A DNA stretch of 64,000 nt from a phage. Below the pieces are notes generated by a model, which saw only the letters and a list, made by a program, of their open reading frames with translations, did not search any database and was not told the DNA's origin. Of this stretch, positions 44,391 to 54,641 are shown piece by piece. Every line of letters starts with the position of its first letter. The first letter of the stretch is position 1. Position numbers and translations under genes: made by a program. The stretch lies in assembly GCA_017676145.1 (NCBI GenBank), contig GCA_017676145.1_3628.1; one strand, 5' to 3'.

Positions 44391-45431
44391 CTACGCATAA
44401 TTAACAGTGATCCATTGACCATTTACAAGTTTCTGTAAAGGCCCTGCCCAGTAGGTTGAACCACGCATCTCTTTTTTATCACCAAAATGCCAACCTGTGA
44501 CAACGTAGCCGTTGCGAACTGGAGATTCAGAAACACCATCAACAAGTCTTGCGCCGATTCTGATATCCTGTACACCTGTCTGCGGGATGGTGATCGTTAC
44601 ATCCCCGTTGCCGTTAGCCGTCACTCCATTCACAGAGCGCACCACATTTCTGTTACCGACAACACAATGCTGGCTTCTTACAACCATACTGTCACAACTT
44701 GCACCGCCATTGACATATACTGACCCAGCCGTCAACTGACTAGCTACATTGCAGTTGGTGAATGTTGCTGTGCTGCTAATGGTGAGGTTATTACATCGCA
44801 TGTTATCAACAACTTCAACATTGCCCACCACTTTCAACAACGCACGATTAGCCGTGATTGCGTTCAGATACATCAAAGTGAACTCTGGGTTAATGTCAGG
44901 CTGAGTTGGCTGAAATCTCCAACGGAACGCATCTACTGTAGAGGTGCCACCATCATCAAACGCCCCAATATTATCACTTAACCCAAAGTCGAGAGTTGTC
45001 TTATCTGGGCCAATAGTTGTCTCTATCCAAGCCTTATCTGTCTCGGCAGCTTTAAAGTTGATACGTTGCAAACCCAATGGGCCTGTCATTGTATCACCTG
45101 TAACTTTCACATACCTGGCGTCTGCCTCTTCCTTAGTAATAATACCAAGGTTTCTACGGGCAACAGGGATGTTCAAAAGATCACTCAAGTTATTATCACG
45201 TACCAGATAACGGCCTTCTTGAGCGGGGATCTGCTCGTCAGCAATGTATTTTGCCCAAGTCCCGAGCATATTGAAAATATAGTTAAGTTCTTCACAGGAT
45301 GGCTTTTGACCAAGATCCCAACCTTTTCTCCACAAATCATCAATCGGGCGTAGCCTGTTCTGTCTGTGGGTGTTAGGCAGAACCTGATCCTCCTCTGCCC
45401 AAATCTCTAATGGAAAACTAGGTTTTGACAT
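44391..45431 (-). CDS. Tail fibre protein (paralog of 42332-43378)
   Basis: 346 aa; shares N- and C-terminal modules (FPLEIWAEEDQVL...; ...QKLVNGQWITVNYA) with the 42332-43378 product. Confidence 0.65.
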   Translation of the reverse strand: MSKPSFPLEIWAEEDQVLPNTHRQNRLRPIDDLWRKGWDLGQKPSCEELNYIFNMLGTWAKYIADEQIPAQEGRYLVRDNNLSDLLNIPVARRNLGIITKEEADARYVKVTGDTMTGPLGLQRINFKAAETDKAWIETTIGPDKTTLDFGLSDNIGAFDDGGTSTVDAFRWRFQPTQPDINPEFTLMYLNAITANRALLKVVGNVEVVDNMRCNNLTISSTATFTNCNVASQLTAGSVYVNGGASCDSMVVRSQHCVVGNRNVVRSVNGVTANGNGDVTITIPQTGVQDIRIGARLVDGVSESPVRNGYVVTGWHFGDKKEMRGSTYWAGPLQKLVNGQWITVNYA

Positions 45432-45443
45432 TTTATCTCCTGA

Positions 45444-47516
45444 TTATGAGAAGTCTGGCGGGACAACATCTTCTACATACCCTTTCAGAGCAACCTGCCC
45501 CATATGGAGCACGGTAGAATCCCTAGCGGTAACAGTGATGCTGTCAGACATTACTTGCGGGTATGCCCACACATACTGTTTTACCTCAGGGTATCTATAC
45601 TCTATGGTTGCCATGTTCCCGCAGATACATCTCCATAAAAATTCTTGGTAATTCCTGGTTGGGTCGTAGCCATATACCGGAGCAAGCTCTTTGCTAGGAA
45701 CGAACCCTGCAAGGTATTGTATTTCAGACGGTTGCCAACCTAACTTAACGATAGGTATGTTTACAGACTCTTTTGCCTTTTCAATACCACCCTGCATCAC
45801 CCAATCGTAGCACTCAGTGCAGAAGAAATCAAGAGCACCTGCTTCCTTTTTATATTGGTCAGCAAGGTTCAGCTTTTGCGTAAGCTCGGTTTCCATAATG
45901 GTCGGGAAAAACAGCAAAGCTGTCATCTGAGCCGATGCAGCGTGTGCTTTTATTGCCTTTGAAATAGCTGCAATACGAGCGCCAAGCTTACCACGACAAA
46001 ATGCTACATACTTGTCATAAACACCGCCAGTTTTAGGATCGTCAATAGTCCCAATGTCTAGTGCATATTCACCAGTCTCATCATAAAACGCCTGTTTTGT
46101 AGGGTAGTCATAAATACAAGGCTTACGAGTATCGGTATTGAACCACCACCACGGTTCACCAATCTGCATAATTACTGGCAGGTTGTTTCTCATAGCGGCT
46201 GATGCAAAATTCTTAAATACTGCAGTAAGGAAATTCATACCCTCTTCAATGGTTGGAGACAAGAGGTAACTACAAGGCGTATAGCCTGTTTTAGCATAGT
46301 TATCGTTCCAATCTCTCTGGGTCCATTCCAACGGACAGGCATCGCTATAAAGCTCAAAGCTTACAGACTGCATAACGTCGAAGTCATGTCGCTTGGCATT
46401 ATACATAAAGTCATCGTGCCATTTATAAGCTGCAGCGTTTAGAGCCCCTGTCCTGTTTATAGACCATTGGGTTCCGGACCATGTGTAATCATAATAATGG
46501 CTCATACCAACATAATGGTTTATGGTTCCGGTATAGCCCAGACGCTTGATATTGCTCACCACCCTTAAAGGAGATACGTTCCACATATCGTCATATGCTG
46601 TGCAGATCCCAACGTCGTGCTCTTTCACCTGGATATTGTTAAGTTGCATCATTTTCCAGCCTGTGTCTGGCTGAAGCAGATCTAGACGCAACTCACACTC
46701 TACATTTTCCGTTCTTGGGTCTGTACTATTACTTACCCAATCTTTAGGCATAAGTGGTATTAGAATCCTTCTCACCTGTCGAGGATCAACACCCATCATG
46801 TTGTTGTTCTGGTCCATCCCGACGCAGTCCTCGAAATCAATATGAATTTCTGCAACATTCTTATCCTCTGAGATGCTGACAGCATATTGAGCTAAAGGAA
46901 CATAGATGATTGTGCCATCAACAAGGTCTACAGTCATAATCATCTTTTCAGGGGTGGAGAAGTTGCTGGCATTGGTTATTGACATTCTGAACCAAAGCTT
47001 GGTGTTTCTCATCTCGTAGTGATCATCAAATCCAATGCCGAAATGGTCATACTTGTCAACTGTTTCCCAAATGCACCCAGCCATGCCTCCATATGTTCTT
47101 GACACTAAACGGTTAATACAGCAGTTATTATCTGCAACAATACAGGTGCTTTCAGTCTGCTGGGTAGTTGTAACCCAATATCTTGGGTGAAACATTCTCT
47201 CCTCAACAGTATCCCAAGATATTCTGTCAAGATTCTCATCTGAAACTATTGTGCATTTCGCTCTTTGTGTTCCAATCATAACCCCTTGAGAGTTTGATGA
47301 AAACTCCATAAAGAAGCTTCTTGGCAACCTGTTTGGCAATTTGTCAACAATTTCTACAGGGATCTCAATACTGGTTGCCCCAACCGGGATAGTTACATCG
47401 CCCTCAACATGATCATAATCTCTACCTGGAACTGCAGTATCCTGAACTGTGCGGTAATGAAACCGTGCAGCCATCGTAGAGTAATCACGGTAAGGTTTAA
47501 AAACAGCTGTTGCCAT
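45444..47516 (-). CDS. Baseplate- or fibre-associated structural protein
   Basis: 690-aa ORF in the late structural block, adjacent to baseplate genes; no diagnostic motif. Confidence 0.5.
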   Translation of the reverse strand: MATAVFKPYRDYSTMAARFHYRTVQDTAVPGRDYDHVEGDVTIPVGATSIEIPVEIVDKLPNRLPRSFFMEFSSNSQGVMIGTQRAKCTIVSDENLDRISWDTVEERMFHPRYWVTTTQQTESTCIVADNNCCINRLVSRTYGGMAGCIWETVDKYDHFGIGFDDHYEMRNTKLWFRMSITNASNFSTPEKMIMTVDLVDGTIIYVPLAQYAVSISEDKNVAEIHIDFEDCVGMDQNNNMMGVDPRQVRRILIPLMPKDWVSNSTDPRTENVECELRLDLLQPDTGWKMMQLNNIQVKEHDVGICTAYDDMWNVSPLRVVSNIKRLGYTGTINHYVGMSHYYDYTWSGTQWSINRTGALNAAAYKWHDDFMYNAKRHDFDVMQSVSFELYSDACPLEWTQRDWNDNYAKTGYTPCSYLLSPTIEEGMNFLTAVFKNFASAAMRNNLPVIMQIGEPWWWFNTDTRKPCIYDYPTKQAFYDETGEYALDIGTIDDPKTGGVYDKYVAFCRGKLGARIAAISKAIKAHAASAQMTALLFFPTIMETELTQKLNLADQYKKEAGALDFFCTECYDWVMQGGIEKAKESVNIPIVKLGWQPSEIQYLAGFVPSKELAPVYGYDPTRNYQEFLWRCICGNMATIEYRYPEVKQYVWAYPQVMSDSITVTARDSTVLHMGQVALKGYVEDVVPPDFS

Positions 47517-48202
47517 TAACCCTCCTGTCTAGTTGCGTTTACTGTAATACTTTCACAATAAATAGTTGTGGTGTCCCAATCAGGTCTTACGTCAGGAACA
47601 TATAGCAAAGTAGCCAACCCACCAACTCCGAACTGGTTTTCTTCCCACACCGATCCGAAGCCGAGAGCTGTAGAATCGCCTTCAAAACCAAAAGCTTGTC
47701 CTTGCGATTCTGTAAGACGCAAATGACAAGGCAGTGGTAGCATATCTAAGATCTGATCTATGGACTGTAATATGTCAAAGCAAGTTTTTCTAATGTTTAT
47801 GTCAAATCTAAAGTTGTCACCTTTCCACGTATCGAAATTGTCTCTTCCGAACAATTGTCGCAAGGTTGAGATGACATCTTCACGAGTCCCGCCCCTCGAT
47901 GCTGCTGCCTGCTGAATAATCAGGGTAGCACGAAAATCAGCATCTGAAAGCCCATTCCGAAGAATACCGAGTTGATTACCAACTTCGTCAAGGTATCTTC
48001 CACTGGCATTGTTAAGCAATCTTCCTTCAGCCAAACCTACCAGCATCTTATCAACATTCTCCAACCTTTTAAGGTACACGGTTAAGAATGTGACTAAATT
48101 AACCTTCTCAGCCAGAAAATCTCCAGGCAGGTAGTCAAGACCCCCCTGAACAAAATCTGGCAGAGTGTGGATGTGGTTAACATCCGACTTAATCTCTGCC
48201 AT
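47516..48202 (-). CDS. Putative baseplate protein
   Basis: 228 aa immediately downstream of the Baseplate_J-like gene, the position a P2 gpI-type protein would occupy. Confidence 0.45.
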   Translation of the reverse strand: MAEIKSDVNHIHTLPDFVQGGLDYLPGDFLAEKVNLVTFLTVYLKRLENVDKMLVGLAEGRLLNNASGRYLDEVGNQLGILRNGLSDADFRATLIIQQAAASRGGTREDVISTLRQLFGRDNFDTWKGDNFRFDINIRKTCFDILQSIDQILDMLPLPCHLRLTESQGQAFGFEGDSTALGFGSVWEENQFGVGGLATLLYVPDVRPDWDTTTIYCESITVNATRQEG

Positions 48203-48214
48203 ATCCCCGCCGCC

Positions 48215-49705
48215 TTAAATAGTTTGTTGGAAAGTTATATTGCTTTCATCGAGGTCAAACACCTCGGTCATGTTCGCAACAACATCGTTTGTAGTGTAAG
48301 CTTCGTCAGAGGCTCCTACAGGTTTAACTTGAATTACCAATCTGTTAAATCTGCCTATCGACACAGCAGCCGATGCAGCACCTACCAATTGGATATTATA
48401 CAACGTATCGGCAACATCTAAGCCGTTAACAACTTGCAAAAGAGCCTCTGTAATGGCATCTTTTTCGGTAGTAGAAAGCGCAGCACCTGAGTAGGTAATT
48501 CTCATATCCAGGCGGTAAGTGTTTGCCTTAGAATAATAAATCCTTTCAGTCTGACCGTCTGATGTGGTAATATCGTAGAAGATATTCCCATAAGTTCTAT
48601 TTGTGCAAGCTATGGTTTGATACAGCGCCTGACAGATATCCTCTGTTGCACCACCGAACACCACCACTTGAAACTTATAAGGTGGTATACCTTTCGCATC
48701 CGTTTTATCGGTGTTGTTAGAGAACACTCTTACTTTCTCAACACCCTTCACCTCGCTTACAGCGCTAAGGATTGCAGGACGGGTAGCTTTAGATGTTAAC
48801 TGTTTAGTGCTGGAAGCTCTTAAGCGATACTCTGAGTCCTTCTCAACATCCCTGCCCTCATTGAATCTTTCTCGGTTGGTAAGCTTGATAAATCCGCTGG
48901 GAGTAGGCGACATTGTTGTCACGGTTTCTGCCTCTCTTGACAGCTCACCAGCCTCGTTAGCTATAACATCTAAGGTGATAGTTCTTTCACCTACAATCGG
49001 GGATACTCTGAAATCTACTCTGCTATTAAGACCAACTTGATCAAGATTCGAATTGTATCCTATCCACAACGTTCCTGTCAACATATCGATCTGAATCAAA
49101 TCGTCGTTCAACAGGGTTGTATTATCTACAATGAATTGCTTAATCTCGCCGTAAAAGCTTGGTAAATCAGAAGAGTCCAGAGACTTATCGGTTAAAACCA
49201 GACTTTTTGTTTTGATACTTCCATCTGTCTGGTTGGTAATTTGAAAGTTGTATTTACCAATCCTTAGGTCTGGAGCATTTATTCTGTGAGCAATAAGATT
49301 CCCTGCTACTTGCACATCGTTGCTAAGAACAAAGTTGCCACTGTCCAGCGTATAAGTTTTGGAATCATAAATCATATTGTACGGCACAGTTGTGTTGATT
49401 GTCAACTGGCAAGTACCCGATGATTTAGAACGGCCTCTTCGGTAAATACCCTGTCTTCCAAGAAGCTCATCCAGGTAAATACCTTCTGCCCCATACAGCG
49501 TCTGTGATGCGTATACAGATGCTGCCATAAGAATAAGTTGATACTCTCGCTCGTTGAAGATAGTGGTCAGCTTATCTGCAACGGAGTTACTCTGTACGTT
49601 GAAGTTTTCGCCAAAAGCACGGATCAGGCTTTGCTTAGTTTCAACGATTAGGTCATTTAGGGTTGGTATAACGAAACCAGCCTCTGTCAATCCATACTTA
49701 GCCAC
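48215..49705 (-). CDS. Baseplate J-like protein (P2 gpJ / T4 gp6 family)
   Basis: 496 aa; N-terminal GLTEAGFVIPTLNDLIVETKQSLIRAFGENFN resembles the Baseplate_J N-terminus; flanked by baseplate and fibre genes. Confidence 0.6.
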   Translation of the reverse strand: MAKYGLTEAGFVIPTLNDLIVETKQSLIRAFGENFNVQSNSVADKLTTIFNEREYQLILMAASVYASQTLYGAEGIYLDELLGRQGIYRRGRSKSSGTCQLTINTTVPYNMIYDSKTYTLDSGNFVLSNDVQVAGNLIAHRINAPDLRIGKYNFQITNQTDGSIKTKSLVLTDKSLDSSDLPSFYGEIKQFIVDNTTLLNDDLIQIDMLTGTLWIGYNSNLDQVGLNSRVDFRVSPIVGERTITLDVIANEAGELSREAETVTTMSPTPSGFIKLTNRERFNEGRDVEKDSEYRLRASSTKQLTSKATRPAILSAVSEVKGVEKVRVFSNNTDKTDAKGIPPYKFQVVVFGGATEDICQALYQTIACTNRTYGNIFYDITTSDGQTERIYYSKANTYRLDMRITYSGAALSTTEKDAITEALLQVVNGLDVADTLYNIQLVGAASAAVSIGRFNRLVIQVKPVGASDEAYTTNDVVANMTEVFDLDESNITFQQTI

Positions 49706-49774
49706 GTCACTCCTCCGGTATGAAAATCTCTACAAGGTATTTTACCAAATTTTGTAACAATAGTCAATCTGAGC

Positions 49775-49802
49775 ATAAAAATAAACCCCGCCGAAGCGGG
49801 GC
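49775..49802 (-). terminator. Rho-independent terminator (minus strand), TTCG-loop hairpin
   Basis: Minus strand reads CCCCGC-ttcg-GCGGGG followed by TTTATTTTTAT; directly after the stop of the 1279-aa gene. Confidence 0.65.
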
Positions 49803-49810
49803 TTTAAAGG

Positions 49811-52800
49811 TTAGTCGTGAGACTCGTTCCAAGGTCCCTGGAAGCTTGAGTTAGAACGACTAACGATCACAGTGGGACAGGAGATTGTGACACCTGTCAC
49901 GCTAGACGTTGACCACGGTGTGTAAATCTCGATAACAATGTCTATAGTTTGTTCACCCAGACCTGTTATCCCTACCGCACACATGCCGTTGTTGTCGTTA
50001 AAATACTTCTTGCCAGCAAGGATCTGATGACCAGCTATCCATGCATTCAGTTGGGAGCTGGCAAGAGTACCATTCAGTTTAAAGAAGAATGTTACGTTCT
50101 TACCCTGACCTGAAACGTTATCTACGTATCTCCACCTCCAACGGCAAACCCTTTGCTGGGAGTTATATACTGGAGCACAATCCCCGTAAGTCCTGTGTGC
50201 AACAATTGCACCTTCGAACTGGTTAGCGCGGATAACAGAAGCTTCTACACGACCACGGAAGGTACCTCCGGTTGCATCTATGGTGCCTCTAAAGCTACCA
50301 TTATTGGCATAAACATCCCCACGGAAGGTACCACTGGTGGCGTTAACTGCCCCTGTGAAGTTACCTGCACTAGCGTTGATGTTACCTTTCACCCACACAT
50401 CCATAAACTGGGCGTGCCCGTTCTTGTTAATATACCAACCGTATTTGTGGTACCCGTTGCCATCGTAGTTGTTAGACGAAATTTCTTGTGCAATCTTGGC
50501 AGAAGAGATCGTCCCGTTCTCTATAAAGGCATCTTTCAAGAACGCTTGGTTGTTCTTAATTGCGAAAGCAAGGGTTGCTGTTCCATTCCCAGGGTTGTAT
50601 ACCGCAAAGTTGTTTGCACTAACCATGAAGTATGATTGAACTTGGCCTCCAGAACCTTCCATGCCCAATTGGATACCTGCCACATACTTATTCCCTGCGG
50701 AGTCTACCTGTATTTTTGTGCCCCATTGAGCATTTACTTTGCCCTCTAAGTCGGTCACAGCCTTAGATGTTGTAGCCACTGCAGCTCTTAGCTCTGATAC
50801 ATCCCCAACATCATCAATGATCTCCTGCTTAGCAACAGCAAGTTCTTGACGAATAGCTGACGCTGTGCCGTTAATAAGATCCACAGTTGCTTTGTTGGTA
50901 TCGGAGATTGTAGCGTCCAGTGCTGTTTTTGTGGAGGTCAGCTTACCATCCAAATCCGCAATCGCCTGTTTGTTGGTAGAAATCTCCCCACGTGCAGAAG
51001 TTATCTGCTCAGACAGTGCGGAGGTTTTCTGATTCAACAAATCTGTGGTGGCCTTGTTGGTATTGGCAATCAAGGTATTGAGATCAGTTTTTGCGGTAGT
51101 TATCTTACCATCAAGGGTGGCATAGTTCTTAGATACCGTCGCGTTTGTCTGACTGATCTTTTGATCCAGAGTTTCAGAGGTCCTGTTAAGAAGATCCACT
51201 GTCGCCTTATTGGTGCTCAAGATGCTTGCGTCAAGTTCTGTTCTCTGGGTATTGATCTTGCCATCCAGAGTTTTATCTCCGGCAAGGTATCCGCTCTCCA
51301 CTCCACCTATTTGTTCTACCAACTCCCCTTTGGCTGCAACCAATTTCTCGTCTAAAGCCTCTGTCTTTTTGTTCAGAAGATCAGTGGTTGCTTTATTGGT
51401 TGTCTCAATCAGGGATGCCAGTCTTCCACTTTCAGTGTTCAGATCGTTGGTGAACTTGTTCTGTGCAGCAACAAGTTTCTTATCCAGCGCTGTGATATTG
51501 CCATTGACATCCTCAAACTTCTGAGTTGTCTCTGTAACTACAGCACCTATCCTATCCCCAAGTTGTTGGAATGCCTCATCTACCCTTCCGTCCATGTACT
51601 TGTTAAGTTCTGTGACACGATTTTCAACCTCTTCAATAGAGGAATCTAAAGTGCTCATCAACTCTTTATAAGTTTCTGTCTTTTTAAATTCAGCATCTAT
51701 CTGAGGCATCAAATCTTCAATGGAGGTATAGCAGCGTGCAGCACACTCTACAAACTGAGAACTACCAAAAGCATTTGTGGTTCGAATATACCAATAATAA
51801 ATCTTATCGTTCTGCAGACCTTCAGATGTCCAAGTTGAACCAACACCCATGCGGGTGGCTTTTGAAGTAACGGTTGCATCACTTGTGTCCGGCAACCTTG
51901 TCATACCAGATGTCCAAAAGTCATACTGGGTGCTTACACTTGCCAAGTCCCTACTGTGTGGAATCAGGGTGATAGCAAAGTACCCCTGCTTAACTTCTAC
52001 AGAAACCGGAGCTTCAGGTGCCTGAATGTTAAACTCGCAGTACGCTTCTGGAGATACACCGCCTTTATAAGATGTTGCAACCACGGTTGCTGTGTATGAC
52101 CCTTTGGTCAATCCTTCTACGCGGACAAACTGCTCGACTGTTTGTGCTGTCCAAATAATCTCTCCGTTCTTTCTTACCTGCACAATATTTTGAGCGTAAG
52201 TCCCAACGTTGTCCCAAGCTAAAACACCGTGAGTTACTTCTCCAGCTTGGAGAACGGAATATCTGAAGTTTTGCGGTTGAGCTACACCAGATGGGGATAT
52301 CGGAATATCTACATCGCCAGAATCCGGAAGTTGCCCTGTGGCATCATTCCACTCTTTAGCATCTTGACGAAGTTTTACCTTGACACCGCCCTTTTTGGTG
52401 AACTCCCATTCAAGAACCCTCATTTCTTGGCCCACTATACCAATACTTGGGAGGTCCATTGTAACATAACGGCCAGGCTTAAATTTAAAACCTCGCATAT
52501 TGCAGGTGACTTCAATAATCCTGCCAGCTCTAGCACGTCTTAAGAAGATTGCAGAAACACGTTGAGCTTGATAAGGACTGGTAACAAAGCGATAGTCTAT
52601 ATCGATTATCTTTCTTTCTCCATCCTTCTCTATCCACTCTGGTACAAACACTGATGGGAAATCTGTTTCAGAATACCCTTTGGTCGGACTAGTGAATCTG
52701 CCAGTTATCGTGTTAGATCTTTTGTCAAATGAGGCTTCCGGATAGATCTTAACCTCACCACAGACACAGTCCTCACTCAATGTCATTGTTGCCGGACCAT

Positions 52801-53650
52801 AGTATGCACCAACCAGCAAACCATACTTACCAGCAACATAACTAAGGTCTGCACCGCAAGCTTTCAGCATTTCTGCCATAATACTTGCTGGGGCCTCATC
52901 CATGTCAAACTCACCGTTAATGGTGTAACGTCGCTCACTGGTGCCGTCAGCGTTTTTTACCGCCTCGTCGCATATGTTGGCAGCCTCCTTGAAGGACTCC
53001 CAGTTGATGGTTTCGTCAGGACATTTAAGGTACGTTCTTAAATAGTCTAGGATCACCAAGGCCGCGTTATTGGTATACACCTCTTTACTGGTGCGAGGAT
53101 CATAACATTTTTTACCAACCTTGATGAGTGTAACGTTTGGCAACCCAAAAGGAAACTTGTTAGGGTCAAACCTGAAGCTAACACGTAGCCAGCTGATCCC
53201 TCTACCTATCATGTCCGGTGACCACGATGGGCAGTGTGTGCCCATGAAAGGATCAGAGGTTTTTCTGTCGTTATGTAGCTCCCACGATACCAAATCTCCA
53301 TACGAAGAAATAGGATTACCGTCGATAAGTATATCTTCTATACCTTCTAGCGGGTGATTGGCAAGAACAATGGCACAATGGAGGGTTCTGTCTCTATCCT
53401 GCTCCAAAAACGCAAGCAATCCAGATGTGCGTGTCTTCCCATACACTACAGAGCAAGGTGCAGCAGAAGATCTGAGAAGCTTTTGTCTATCTTGCTGACT
53501 TCTGTAAGATTTGTTACCCTCGAAAATCTTATCCAGAGTTCTGGTGGTAACAGTGTTCAGACTGTCAGCCAGAGCTGCCTTGGATGCGTTCCAGTCATAG
53601 CTTGAAGATCTTGCAGAAGCAACGATGTTATCAATCATTGCAATTGGCAT
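49811..53650 (-). CDS. Large tail/baseplate-attached fibre protein with internal coiled-coil repeats
   Basis: 1279 aa; four ~35-aa repeats each containing TNKAT(T/V)DL(L/I)N; Gly-rich C-terminal segment (NFTGAVNATSGTFRGDVYANNGSFRGTIDATGGTFRG) typical of fibre tips. Confidence 0.6.
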   Translation of the reverse strand: MPIAMIDNIVASARSSSYDWNASKAALADSLNTVTTRTLDKIFEGNKSYRSQQDRQKLLRSSAAPCSVVYGKTRTSGLLAFLEQDRDRTLHCAIVLANHPLEGIEDILIDGNPISSYGDLVSWELHNDRKTSDPFMGTHCPSWSPDMIGRGISWLRVSFRFDPNKFPFGLPNVTLIKVGKKCYDPRTSKEVYTNNAALVILDYLRTYLKCPDETINWESFKEAANICDEAVKNADGTSERRYTINGEFDMDEAPASIMAEMLKACGADLSYVAGKYGLLVGAYYGPATMTLSEDCVCGEVKIYPEASFDKRSNTITGRFTSPTKGYSETDFPSVFVPEWIEKDGERKIIDIDYRFVTSPYQAQRVSAIFLRRARAGRIIEVTCNMRGFKFKPGRYVTMDLPSIGIVGQEMRVLEWEFTKKGGVKVKLRQDAKEWNDATGQLPDSGDVDIPISPSGVAQPQNFRYSVLQAGEVTHGVLAWDNVGTYAQNIVQVRKNGEIIWTAQTVEQFVRVEGLTKGSYTATVVATSYKGGVSPEAYCEFNIQAPEAPVSVEVKQGYFAITLIPHSRDLASVSTQYDFWTSGMTRLPDTSDATVTSKATRMGVGSTWTSEGLQNDKIYYWYIRTTNAFGSSQFVECAARCYTSIEDLMPQIDAEFKKTETYKELMSTLDSSIEEVENRVTELNKYMDGRVDEAFQQLGDRIGAVVTETTQKFEDVNGNITALDKKLVAAQNKFTNDLNTESGRLASLIETTNKATTDLLNKKTEALDEKLVAAKGELVEQIGGVESGYLAGDKTLDGKINTQRTELDASILSTNKATVDLLNRTSETLDQKISQTNATVSKNYATLDGKITTAKTDLNTLIANTNKATTDLLNQKTSALSEQITSARGEISTNKQAIADLDGKLTSTKTALDATISDTNKATVDLINGTASAIRQELAVAKQEIIDDVGDVSELRAAVATTSKAVTDLEGKVNAQWGTKIQVDSAGNKYVAGIQLGMEGSGGQVQSYFMVSANNFAVYNPGNGTATLAFAIKNNQAFLKDAFIENGTISSAKIAQEISSNNYDGNGYHKYGWYINKNGHAQFMDVWVKGNINASAGNFTGAVNATSGTFRGDVYANNGSFRGTIDATGGTFRGRVEASVIRANQFEGAIVAHRTYGDCAPVYNSQQRVCRWRWRYVDNVSGQGKNVTFFFKLNGTLASSQLNAWIAGHQILAGKKYFNDNNGMCAVGITGLGEQTIDIVIEIYTPWSTSSVTGVTISCPTVIVSRSNSSFQGPWNESHD

Positions 53651-54087
53651 TAATACCTCCAGACATCAACAACGATAGAATCTTTCATATCGAACGTAAA
53701 GATCCCTTTATCACCTTTCGCCCAAATCTGGTTGTTCCAGAACACACCAGCGGTGAGGCCGTTCAGACCTTCGAAAATAACAATATCGCCACGCTGAACC
53801 TGTTTAGGAGTATCCAGTCTAGTCAAAAAGAGATCAAAAATAGTAGGCAGGTGTGTGGTTTTGAAACGGAGCATGCACCATCTCTTGCTTTCCAACTCTG
53901 TTTTATACGTTCCTTCAAAGTTAGAAAGAAAATCTGTTCCGTATTGGGCATCAACACACTTAGCCGCAAAAGTGCAACAATCGTGGAATCCCCATTCAAA
54001 CGGGACGGTGGCTTCTTCGTCAAATACTTTCCACAATTTTTCTTGCCAGTCTACTAAACGAGGGTGTGTGCTCATTAAACCTCCCAA
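53650..54087 (-). CDS. Tail-associated protein, possible NlpC/P60-like cysteine peptidase fold
   Basis: 145 aa; FHDCCTFAAKC near the N-terminus is compatible with an NlpC/P60 catalytic Cys; weak call. Confidence 0.35.
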   Translation of the reverse strand: MGGLMSTHPRLVDWQEKLWKVFDEEATVPFEWGFHDCCTFAAKCVDAQYGTDFLSNFEGTYKTELESKRWCMLRFKTTHLPTIFDLFLTRLDTPKQVQRGDIVIFEGLNGLTAGVFWNNQIWAKGDKGIFTFDMKDSIVVDVWRY

Positions 54088-54641
54088 ATGATCGGGCGGC
54101 TCGCCACCTGATCCACATATTTAAAAAATCTGTCATTATCGTTTCTTGAGCTATGGCTTTCCTCTGTGTATCGGTAAGGAAAACCTCTTAACCAGCTGTT
54201 GAAGATGGAAGAGATGGATATGGACAAAGCACTATTCTCCCCTGTCTGAATAGCCATGTCCGTTATAAGGCCGTCAAACAAGCCATTAGTTGTAACAGGC
54301 AAACCATTCTCCATAGCGGTGATATACAACGTGGCACGGCAACCGGAATACTCAGTCTTCAGAAGATCACCTACATACTTGGGATCAAACCCGTTCAATG
54401 TTGCTACCACAGATCCGAAGTTGGTGGCATCTTTCTCAGACACAGCAGTCAATGTTGCTGATCCACCTATCCCTATAAAATGTTGCCCCTCAATAACCAC
54501 AACACCAGTTCCTGAGCACACCCTGACAGTCCCTGTTGGCAGCTCTAGCTTTGCAGCAATTAAGATCTCAACACCATCAAGCTCTAGCTTTTCAAGAAAT
54601 AAATTATCTAATGGCGCTCTTATCATCTTAGAAATCCTCAA
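54075..54641 (-). CDS. Tail/baseplate-associated hypothetical protein
   Basis: 188-aa ORF in the late block. Confidence 0.45.
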   Translation of the reverse strand: MRISKMIRAPLDNLFLEKLELDGVEILIAAKLELPTGTVRVCSGTGVVVIEGQHFIGIGGSATLTAVSEKDATNFGSVVATLNGFDPKYVGDLLKTEYSGCRATLYITAMENGLPVTTNGLFDGLITDMAIQTGENSALSISISSIFNSWLRGFPYRYTEESHSSRNDNDRFFKYVDQVASRPIIWEV

